A stretch of 64,000 bases of DNA, from positions 4,774,001-4,838,000 of the forward strand of contig OZ234494.1 in assembly GCA_965153455.1 (NCBI GenBank), in the 5' to 3' direction. Below are positions 25,332 to 36,156 of the stretch, one piece after another. The DNA comes from Sphagnum compactum (taxonomy: Eukaryota). The translations under genes were made by a program, and so were the position numbers. The notes under the pieces were generated by a model. That model was not told the origin of the DNA. It was given only the letters and a program-made list of their open reading frames with translations, and did no database searches. Positions within the stretch are counted from its first letter, which is position 1. Every line of letters begins with the position of its first letter.

Positions 25332-26249
25332 CTAAAGTTTGACAAGCTTTTGAGGGCATTGACGAGCTATATGCCCTGGGTTGCCACAGTAAAGACATAG
25401 ATTGTTTGTCCTTCGACGAAGTTTCTCGGCTTCCGTCAAAGATTTAAACTTAGCTGTGTCGATCTGCATCGGAGCAGGTCCAAAAGAGGCAGGTCGGGCA
25501 ACTAGTGTTGTTTGGGGAACTAAGGGGAGCGTAATAGGCCGACTGTTCCAAAGCTGGGCGTTGGAGGTGACTTTCTTTTTCTGGCGACGTTCGAACAGAC
25601 GATTATCGCACTGAATTGCCTGGGTGATGGCTTCACTGAAGGAAGAAGGGTCTGCAAGTGTCAACAAAAGATCTTGAACATCATCACGAAGCCCACAGCG
25701 AAACTGATCAATCAAGGCAGCTTCTCCCCAATTGACGTCACAGGCAAGCTGCCTGAATTCTGAAGCGTAGACGATGGCCGAACGTGTCCCTTGCTGGAGG
25801 CGACGCAGCTTGTTGGCTGAAGTCCTGGCCTTATCACTGTCCCCAAATACTGCTTCAAATTCCGCCATAAAGGCGTTGAAATCTTGTAGAAGAGGGGATG
25901 ATGTTTCCAGGATGGGAGCAAACCATGCTGCAGCTGTCCCAGTGAGTAGGGTTCCAACGAATCCTACACGAGTGGTGTCATCAAAATAACGACGGGGGTG
26001 TAGTTGCATGATCAGGCGTACCTGGCTAACAAAGCCTCGAAATTTGAGGCGCGTTCCATCAAACTTTTCTGGCAGACTTATCTTGGGTTCTTGGGCGGCC
26101 ATTGCAAGAGCAGGAAGTACTGGGGCAGGAGGTGGTGGCTGATTCTGTAGGCGGGTCACCGAGTCTCTAAGCATGGCATTTTCTTGTTGAAGGTGTTGAA
26201 GGGCGGCGAGGATTTGAGTGAGATTGATGTTGGATTCTGAGTTGTCCAT
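25332..26249 (-). CDS. gag: Retrotransposon Gag (PEG10/Tf1-like capsid plus CCHC zinc knuckle)
   Basis: ATG at 26249 in ACCACCATGG context; EPKISLPEKFDG, LRRLQQG..YASEFRQLA, GPAPMQID and CLYCGNPGHIARQC. The TAG at 25332 may be a premature stop. Confidence 0.92.
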   Translation of the reverse strand: MDNSESNINLTQILAALQHLQQENAMLRDSVTRLQNQPPPPAPVLPALAMAAQEPKISLPEKFDGTRLKFRGFVSQVRLIMQLHPRRYFDDTTRVGFVGTLLTGTAAAWFAPILETSSPLLQDFNAFMAEFEAVFGDSDKARTSANKLRRLQQGTRSAIVYASEFRQLACDVNWGEAALIDQFRCGLRDDVQDLLLTLADPSSFSEAITQAIQCDNRLFERRQKKKVTSNAQLWNSRPITLPLVPQTTLVARPASFGPAPMQIDTAKFKSLTEAEKLRRRTNNLCLYCGNPGHIARQCPQKLVKL

Positions 26250-26287
26250 GGTGGTAGTTCTCACACTTTTGCGCTTTCAATCTTCAA

Positions 26288-26940
26288 ACTTGAAACTTCA
26301 GATGCTTGGATCTCTCTCAATACAAGTCCAAATGACATGAAATTTCTCTCACACATATATTCTTATATGATCTATAAGATCACAAAGTTACAGACCGAAA
26401 GAAACTTAAACAAAGGAGATATGACCAAAAAACCAGATCTGCACTTGAAACTTCAGATGCTTGGATCTCTCTCAATACAAGTCCAAATGACATGAAATTT
26501 CTCTCACATATATATTCCTATATGATCTATAAGATCACAAAGTTACAGACCCAGAAAAGCTTACACAAAGGAGATATGACCAAAAAACCAGATCTGCACT
26601 TGAAACTTCAGATGCTTGGATCTCTCTCAATACAAGTCCAAATGACATGAAATTTCTTTCACACGTATATTCCTATATGATCTATAAGATCACAAAGTTA
26701 CAGACCCAAAAAAGCTTACACAAAGGAGATATGACCAAAAAACCAGATCTGCACTTGAAACTTCAGATGCTTGAATCTCTCTCAATACAAGTCCAAATGA
26801 CATGAAATTTCTCTCACACATATATTCCTATATGATCTATAAGATCACAAAGTTACAAACCCAGAAAAGCTTACACAAAGGAGATATGACCAAAAAACCA
26901 GATCTGCACTTGAAACTTCAGATGCTTGGATCTCTCTCAA
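26288..26940. repeat. 4.2 x 155-bp tandem array in the retrotransposon 5' leader
   Basis: Units start ACTTGAAACTTCAGATGCTTG at 26288, 26443, 26598, 26753 and 26908. Confidence 0.95.
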
Positions 26941-27069
26941 AACATATCCTTTTCTTTTGAAACTTTGAGAGTAGAAGCGTCCTATAGTCTTCTATAACCT
27001 TTCCAAGTTTCACTCCAATATACCTCTAGCTACTTACTGAAACAACAAAACAAACAAACAAGAAGAAGG

Positions 27070-27079
27070 AGCAGATCAA
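27070..27079 (-). promoter_or_regulatory. Non-tRNA primer-binding site (TTGATCTGCT), complementary to the predicted 5' end of the element RNA
   Basis: Lies 2 nt inside the 5' LTR boundary and lacks TGG. It is the exact reverse complement of AGCAGATCAA (27162-27153, - strand), which starts 33 nt after the LTR TATA box. Confidence 0.75.
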
Positions 27080-27081
27080 AC

Positions 27082-27348
27082 TGTTATGGACCGACTAGAA
27101 ACAAGTGGAGAATTACAAGACAAGACAAGCTTTATTGATCCATCAACTGGTGTTGATCTGCTAAAGGGTTGTTCCCCAGACTATCTTCTTTTATAACCCT
27201 GAGCCATACTAGTCCCAAAATATCCTAGGCCATGATATTGCCAAAAGTATCCCAAAATATCCTAGGCCATGATATTGCCAAAAGTATCCCAAAATATCCT
27301 AGAACATGACATTGCCAAAAGTATCCCAAAATATCCTAGGCCATGACA
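27082..27348 (-). repeat. 5' LTR (267 bp)
   Basis: Direct repeat of 21278-21544, followed by the CCTAA TSD. Confidence 0.97.
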
Positions 27349-30300
27349 CCTAAACCATTTTGTGACAAATTGTTTCCCATGAGAGAACAGTTGTGGAAAA
27401 TCGCATAAAAGTTTTGTGCCTATAAAAAATCTTTTATTATATATGTTACTAGTTTCTTAACACAAATAACCCCAATAAAATTATATTTTCTTATTTTTTC
27501 ATCCCATTTGTTAAAAGTAACCAAATAACATAAACCCAATTTTTACACATTCACCTTAGCTTCTCCCATAAGTTGATTATTTGAAGAAAATTATTCCTAC
27601 CATGGTTGCCAAATGTTAATAATTTTTAAAAAAAATTATAATTAAATTTTTATCATCACTAGGTTCTTGTCCATCACATTACCCTAAACACCAAGTGCTA
27701 GAATAACCAAGGTAGTCTTCAATATTGGAAATGTTTTTTATACCTTTGCATTGTACTACAACTACTCATTAAACTAAGTACCAATTCTTCTCCCACAAGC
27801 ATGTCACTATCATTGCCACTAACCATCTTAGGTCATGTTAATATTTTGTAGATATGAAATACAAGACAATGGACCATATTCATTGTGATCAAAACACTCA
27901 AACACACACACAACCATTTTGAGAAATCATGTCCATGGCAATCAAACTATTATACAACTATAGCTCCAAAATAATTAACTTTGCTACAATTGTCCCATGG
28001 AAATATCAGGAATTAATAAATAAAATGCCATATCACAAAATTAGGTAGTTGTATTGTGATTGTAAGTTAGTTGCAAAATGAACATCTATACCTTAGAATG
28101 TACACATTGTAAATATAGTTGTAACTAACCATCTTTGACATTGTTGACAAGTTACATTTTAGTAACTTGTGACAATTACATTACAACTAAGGTAAATGTA
28201 GCACCCAATCAACAATTACTTTGCAACTAGTGTACGGCCTTGACACATATGATCAAGCCACATGTATACATTTTCACTGCCCATTAGATATAACATTATC
28301 AACTTGTTTGCAATTAGTTGTGAACTACAATTCCCATTGATATAACTAGTTGTGCCACTAGGTTGTCACTATTTAAGTATTATACTTTCATTATTTTATG
28401 ACTATTTTTCAACTATTTTATTATTAGTTTTCCACTACATTGCAACTCATAACCTCATGTTACCCTACAAACCTACCATACCATAAAATTCATTAAAATG
28501 AAAATCTACTTTTGAAATGAAAATTTTAAAATGTGTATATTACAAATTCAATTAAGGTGTAATATGGATATGCCTTTACATACCTTGATATCGTATAGGT
28601 TGAAGGTTCTTATTCTTGTTATTGAAGGTTGAAAGTTTATGATTTATGTTTTGCGAGATGTTTATTTGCATATATATTAAAGAAAAATGGTACAAGAAAA
28701 TCTTTTATTCTCTTAAAAATAGTGTAATTTACAATGATGAAGGATTTATGTGGGGTGAATTTTTTTTATGGGAATCATGTTGTGGCTTTTGTTTGAGTAT
28801 TGGAATTTTTAATTTAGAAGGTTGAATGGAAATGAAATTAATTTGATTAAACACACATTTTTTTGGGTGCATTTATGATATTTTTGTTGTTCTTGTGTTA
28901 TAAGGTCGAACCTTGATCATGTTTGAATCCATCAGAATTAAAGTTGTGCATACAATGCAAGGTTTTTTCAAAAATGAAAGGGTGGTCTTATTTGAAAAAT
29001 ATAGTTTTGAATAGAAGAACATGCACATGTGATGTTGTATAATTTGGTTAGGTTGTTAATAATTATGTAATTGAATGTGTTGTTGTTTGTTGTGTAGTAA
29101 TCCAAACCGATACATGTAAGAAAGCAAATTTCAAAACAACAATGGTGAAGTAAGAGATCAAATATGGCAAATTCTAACCTCAATACTCCAAGAGTGTAAT
29201 GCATTTTATTTTAATAACCACCATTGTATGCAAATGTAGTTGATTGTAATTTAATTTCTATCAATGTTATGTGTGTTTCCATTTTAGTGATAAATATGTT
29301 TTGTTAGTGGCACTATAGTTGTAAACTAATTTTATTTAAGTTGAAAGGATGGACATTTAGATATCTTTTTGCATTGCAATGTTATGTATATGTTATTGAT
29401 CTCATTTCACATGTGACATTGAATGTCATAATATGGTAGATTTCAAACAAACAAGGTTAAATGAAGAAATTAAGGTTCAAGTTCCATTTCAACAAAAATA
29501 AATAAATAAAAAATTTATAGAACATAATGTTTTAGATGACAATATGTGGTTGTTTAGGTAGAAATTTTTTTTTGCTATAAATAGCTTTGGCAATAAATCT
29601 AGATTTATAGTCAAATTATATTTCAATAAAAAATCTTTAAAAAAATGCTTTTGTAATTCATTTTCCAACCTTGAATGTTAATGAATACAATTTTAGATCC
29701 ATATTATGTTTATAAATAGTGATGGAATGTAGTTTTGCACTTGTTATCATAATTTGGACAATGATAATGTGTGTGCAAGGTCTACACAATGACGTTGTAA
29801 GTTGTAATTTAGTTGTCCAATTCCACTAAAATCAATTGCCATACAATTACATTGGAACCCATAACTAAACATTTAGTTGCAAAGGACATCAATAGACTTT
29901 ATTTGTCAATGGATGAATGAAAAGTCAAGTAAACATTAAGTTTGATGATGGATGAACGAAAGGTCATGCAACTTAGGTTTGTTGATGGATGAATAAAAAA
30001 TCGCACAAAAATTAGGGTTGTCAATGGATGAACCTACCTAGTAAAAATTCCATAGTAGTTACCTAATTGCCATTTGCAAATTGGGTACATTGCAATTACA
30101 CACAAAAACAACCTTGTGTTGATGTGAGTTGTCACATAGTTGCCCATTAGTTGTAACCATTAATAGCTTTCCACTGCACTTGTAAGTTGCAAATAAGTTA
30201 CAATAGAAATCAAAGTTCATCATTGGTGAATGGATGAAAATCAACATTGGCATGACATTATAATGGTAGTTGCAAACTAGTTGCATTAAAGTTGCACAAT

Positions 30301-33300
30301 AGTTATTTTTGCATAGTTGCAATTGAGTTGCATGGATTTCATACATATATGGTTCCACATACGGTGAGTTACATCTGTTGCAACTCATGTTGTAAAAATA
30401 CATTGAGTTGCAATAAAGTTATAAGAAGTCATTGCAACTCAAAACCCAATTGGAAGGCTAATAGCAAATCACTTTATTTTTCATAATGAACACACACCCA
30501 CATACACACTTCCAATCAATCATTCATATAAGGAACCATAATACATTATTGAAGAAAAAACCCCTCTTCCATCAATTCCACCCTTTTTTTATTCTTTGAA
30601 ATTATGCTAAGGCAATTATCTTCCAAGCTCGGTAAGGATCCTTTGGTCCTATCCTTTTTTTGGTAGTCTATCTCGAGATATTTCTATTTAATATCCTTAA
30701 TTCAGTTTTTTTCTAGCCATTATGTCGATTATTTCAATTGGCCTTTTTTTCCTAGTAATTATGTTTCTTTAGAAAAGAACATAAGGTCATGTGTTAGTTT
30801 CTACCCATTTCATCACTAGAATATTGTAGCAAAAGTGAAGTAAAAAAATACTTGCATTAAAAGATTGAAGCTTGAGCAAGTTTTTTATTTTGCCATTTGA
30901 GGCCTTCAAAGGTAGTTGCAGAATACTATAGACCATATCGATTAGTAATTTGGCAACTTTCAATCATTAATGTATATAATTTTAAACTTGTATTGGATAT
31001 CACAAATATGGATTCATTTAAGTGAAGTTAACACAATCGTTTTTTCAAGAATGAAGAAAACACAACAAAATGAGGAATGGTCAATCCTAAATTTATTGTG
31101 CTAATCCTTCTTAATTGAATATGTACTTTATTTCATAATGTGTTTATAATTTTTTTTGAAACTTTAGAGCATTACACATTGAAGCTTAGTAACATTTTAA
31201 TAGGTCAAAAAATCAAGTGTAATAATATTTTATTTGTGAATATATGGAATCATAATTTGTTCAAAAAAATTCACAATGGCACAATCCATTTTGATATTTA
31301 AAATGATGTTTTTCAAGACCAATCTTTAATAAAAAGTATTTAAAAGGGACTTAAAAAATCATGGCCCAAATTCAAATTTTAAAAAACTGTTAACTTTAAC
31401 ATCATTTGAATCAATTTAAGAATCAAACCAATTTATCAAACTTAAAATATGTTCCAAATATTTTGGTTATATGGACTTTTGAAATGAACTCTCAACTATC
31501 TTTTTTGGCCCACCCTAGTGTTCTAACACCCCTAATTGCAAACACCCCAACAAAAGACAATAATTCTAAAATACTTGCATAAAAACCAAAATGCTAAACA
31601 AAACCACATGTGTATGTGATGAAAGAGGAAACCAAAACCTTTTGAGGTTTGAAATCTCCACCACATTCACATGAGCTAAAAGATTCTTTTTTTGCATAAA
31701 TGATGGTCCTTAATCAAATTTTTGTGCTTTTCAATCATATTTGCCTCACATGTTGGAAAATTGATTATGGCTTTAGACTTCAAAGGTCCATCACACCCAA
31801 CACGAGCATCATATATAGGAACAATTTAGTCACAATATATTGTCAAAATGGAAATTGCAAATGCCCACACTATCACACAACCAAACATTTTAATTATTGA
31901 TTTTCTACAAAAGATAGGTAACATTAATTCATGACATATAACATTAGGTCTTCTAGAAATGCACGGTGTGCAAGATATGTTTTTGTTTGTCACCTCCATT
32001 TTCTATCACCTTTTGTATAAAAAAGAATCCTTGGATATTTTGTATTGCCTTGAATGTTTATGAAAAACATGGTTTTTCGAAGCCTTTGTAATGTGTTTTT
32101 TCTTATATCTCACAAACCCCTTATTGTTCCCCTAGGTTAGAAATTTGGCATCATGTTTTAATGGAGTAGGGTGACACACAACACGTTACATCATTTGTGG
32201 GTTGTTGAATTTATTGTTGCTCCATCATTGACAAAAATAAATGCCTAATGACTTGACATATAACAAGAAGGAGATTATATATTTTGGTTGGCCAAGATTT
32301 GTGGAGTGAAAGCCCCAAGCTACATCTACTTCAATGTTAATGCCTTTTGTAATCCAAATTCAGCTTTAGTTGGAAATACTAAAATTTAAATCATCTTCTT
32401 GACCATAAATTGTTGTTGTAGGTTGAATGGCACTTGTGGATGTCATCAAAAGCCTGTGAATATAAAAGGTTTTTTCTTTTAACAAATGCATCCAAAGAAA
32501 ATTGATTAAAAAGAAAGAGGGGGGGGGGGGGGGGGGGTGGGGGGGCGGGGGCAAGCACATTAGGCTAGAAAAAAAATGGTCTTTTGTGGAAGTCCATTTG
32601 AAGTGTAAAGTACATTATCTAAGCCGCCAAATACGTTGATTGATATGGCCCATGTGGCAAGTTGTCATGACATATTTATCATAAAGATTGGCATAATAGA
32701 TTAACTTAACATATCATAATCTTATATTCGAAAGATGAACGTCTAAACTAAATTAATTTTAATGAATAAAAAACTTCTTAATTAAACCAAAACTTGATTT
32801 ACATATCATATTTGACCATGAACATTGTTGCAAATTGTCTTCTTTAATAATGTCATCACACCATGTTATTATTGAATCCTTTACTCATTAAAATGACATT
32901 ATATGAAGGTGTACTGAATCTTCATTTATTGTTGACTAGGACAAAGTTTTTCAAGTACTACTTTAAAAGTCAATAAGAAATTGGATACCAAAGATTTTTC
33001 CATGAGATCCCATTCCATCATTTGCACATATAAATTGGTATATTATAATAAGAAAATTTTGACAAAAAAAAATACAAAACCAATTAGAAATTGTCTATTT
33101 TTCTCATTGTCTTTTGGGCCCAAATTAGTGTTGGGCAAGTATATGGATGTGACTTTGGTATATAGATTAGTCGCATACATCAAAGTACGATGACTAATCT
33201 ATATTTGATCAAATCAAAAAACAAATGTCAAACTATATTGTTATGTAGAATTATGAGTAATTATTGTACATGATTATGTCATTTTGAATGCATTTCAAGT

Positions 33301-33871
33301 CCCTTACAAGTTAAACAAAACAATGAAAACATATATTTTAGAAATGCTTTTGATTAGTTATTCTATACTCATTAGATTCATATACAATTAATCCATATTT
33401 TTCCATAGTATATTAAAATTATTGTAATGTAAACATATTAGCAACTTGCAACATTAATGTAATCTTTTACACTAAAATGTGAAAAACCAAACACTAATTA
33501 CACTTACTATGCTTCCTTTTAATGTGACTACACACAAGTTTAGTTTAGTAACATCAAGAATCATCAAACATGTGATTAACTATTGTTGGTGAAAAGAAAA
33601 TGAACTTAAAAATAAAATTTTAATGCTTTTTAGACTATCTCAGTTTTTTTTTATATGTAAGTAAAATAATTACACATAATTAATTATTCTTTGAAAATTT
33701 AAAATACCACCCAATACTAATAAATGTTAGTGCTGGTAGGGTATAAGTAAAGTATATGCTAATCTAGTGTTGGTGTATGGGTGTCTGCAAAATTGAAATA
33801 TTAGATGTGGAAACTCCTACCAAATCTATCAATTAATTGCTTGGACAAGGACAAGAGGAATTTAACCTAAT

Positions 33872-34190
33872 TTTGTTGGCCTTGCCTACCAAGGCAATTA
33901 GAGTATAGGTAGTAGCTTAAGGGGTTTTGGCCCCTAGGTAATAATAGTAGGTCTATTTTTATACAAGGATTGTAGAAAGATGATATTTTGGCTATTGTGT
34001 TGAAACTTGAGATTAGTTATTATAGAGTTATAATAATATCTTGAAGGCATTTTGGTTTCGTTTACATGATTTTTTTGAAGATTAATATATTTTTGCATGG
34101 TGAAATATTTGAGTTTTTCCATAATTCTTCTTCTTTTTGCCTTAAGATACTTTTTAATGTAAGTGGCAAGTCCACAAGTGTACCCATCTC
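33872..34190 (-). repeat. Dispersed repeat of about 320 bp with a terminal palindrome (copy 1)
   Basis: Reverse-complement match to 46097-46444; palindrome GCCTTG-CCTAC-CAAGGC at the outer end. Confidence 0.85.
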
Positions 34191-36156
34191 TTATTGCTTT
34201 TGTTGTCTCCTTAGTTTTGTCTCTTTCCAAATAGTTTTAGGGAAAAATGATGCGTTTTCTATCTCTTTTTGGACTTTCTTAGCTCCTCTCATTTATCCCT
34301 TTTTCTTTGTCTTTTTTTTTTTTTTTTTTTGGTTTGTTGTTGTTGTGCACATGTCACCTTAAATCTTCAAAATCTCATTTTTGCAATTCAGGTGTCTTTT
34401 GAAAACACCATGTCACATATTTCACTTCGATATAACATTGGCTAATTTTTCTTATTAAATTCCTAATTTCCCAACTATACTAACTTCATTTTAACATTGA
34501 CACACAAGCAGAGGGGTGGGTTTGTTAATCACCCCAAAACATAAGAAGGAGTTCATTGCAACAAGAAAAAAGCTCTCAAAAAACAAACTTTTGCACAACT
34601 ATATATTAATATGGATCCCTTAATAGAAAGCTTCACTAAAGATCTCACATGAGAGAGGGAAATATTTAAAAAATAAAAATAAAAATAAATAAATATATAG
34701 AAGGAAAAAAAAAGAAAAAAAAAAAAAAGAAAAGAGGAAGAAAGAAGGAAGCAAAAACGAAAAGGAGGGGAATTTTATTTTATTTTAAAAAATTGAGTTC
34801 TTAAATTAGAACTTAAAAATTTCTCTTTTCTCTCTCTCTCTCTCTCAACCACCATAATTTGATCCCAACAAAGGCTAGATTGACCCAGCACCCACCAGTG
34901 CACCATCCAGGATGGATGAATGAATGAATGAAGGTAAATAGTGACCAAAATGTGTTTGTTGAACATGAATAATTTTGGATGGATGGAAATAAATAAAGAA
35001 TCTTGGATGGATGTGAGATGAATTGTTGTTGAAGGGCCTTGAAATGCCTGAGTATGGATGAAGCTGCTCTTAGACTACTTGAGGGATGGATGGATGGATG
35101 GATGGATGGATGGATGAATGGATTTTACATTGTAGTTTAGAAGACAAAATTTGTGAAAGATGATGTGTGAAGAGTGTTGACAAGATTCAGTCACCAACTA
35201 ACTTCTGTTTGCAACTTTCTTTGCATTTGTATTTGAGACACTTGGACATCAAAGGTAACACTCCTAATTGGATCTCAAAACTCAGCAGACTAACTTACCA
35301 TGCTTTTGGTTCTTTTGTAGTTGTACATGATGAAGAAGAAGAAGAAGATGATGATGATGATGATGATGATGTTCGCCCACCCAAACCTCAGCTGCTGGCC
35401 ACTGGCCCCACCCCAAGTCTTGTCAGAAGGATGAACCAGTTGAATCCAAATTTAAGATTGCAACAACAACAACTTCAGCTAGTAGGTGGAATTCCAAAAA
35501 GCTTCCAACTTCAGCAGGCTTTTGGTACCACCCACCTAATCATTCTTATGTAGTACGTCACAAATTCTGGTCCATCATGCATTTAGCAGGAGCAGCAGCA
35601 GTCACGATAGCAGCCAGTAGACTCAATTTGAGTGGCAGCAGCTCCATTAGAGATCTGCAAACACCAACAACAGCAAAAATAAATCCAGGTGCTACTAGCT
35701 AGAAGAGGTGGGTGGTTTTTGCCTTTCTCCATTCCTGCAGAATTCATGTAGATATCGAAACAAGTAAATCTGTGCACAAATCAACTTGCACAATGTACAA
35801 ACATTGTGTTCATGTACGTGATTGGATTGGAATTGGATCCATTTTAGAGGGCAGTTTGGCAATGGCTCCATGTCTCGTCAAAGTTCTAAAGCATGTTTGT
35901 GTCATGTTTTGGAGTAGAACTCTTCAGAGAAAGAGACTACAAGGCCATGACCAGTGTCTCTTGTTGAAAATTGGGGTGATTTTTAATTAGTTTGAGACTT
36001 CTTGTGGTCTGATCTTTCTTGATGACAATTTTAGCTGTGGGACTGGGCCTGTGAATGAACAAAGGATCTTCAAGAGATATTTTTAGTTCTCAAATGTTCC
36101 ATGTTCAACTTCACTGATTGATGCTCTGCTTGTTGTTTTATCACCAGCACCAGGGG

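Larger units (their letters stand above)
21278..27348 (-). mobile_element. Full-length Ty3/Gypsy LTR retrotransposon, chromovirus (Tcn1/Tf1-sushi-like), pol defective
   Basis: 267-bp LTRs with TG...CA ends, 5-bp TSD CCTAA (21273-21277, 27349-27353), domain order gag-PR-RT-RH-IN-chromodomain, and PPT GAGGAGAGGATAA next to the 3' LTR. Confidence 0.97.

Noticed and set aside
19900-33800. AT-rich blocks flanking the retrotransposon (19900-21272, 27354-33800) as genes or named transposons
   Set aside because: They look like heavily decayed repeats, but I could not identify termini or a protein family with confidence.
33934-34230. ORF pair 33934-34230(-) and 46104-46337(+) sharing KLKYFTM..YYYNSIITNLKFQHNSQNIIF as a small conserved protein family
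   Set aside because: The similarity comes from a nucleotide repeat that extends past the ORFs and contains indels; the starts differ and no domain is recognisable.
35167-35553. 128-aa ORF with a poly-E/D tract upstream of HEXO
   Set aside because: GTG start and driven by GAA/GAT microsatellites; more likely promoter or 5' UTR.
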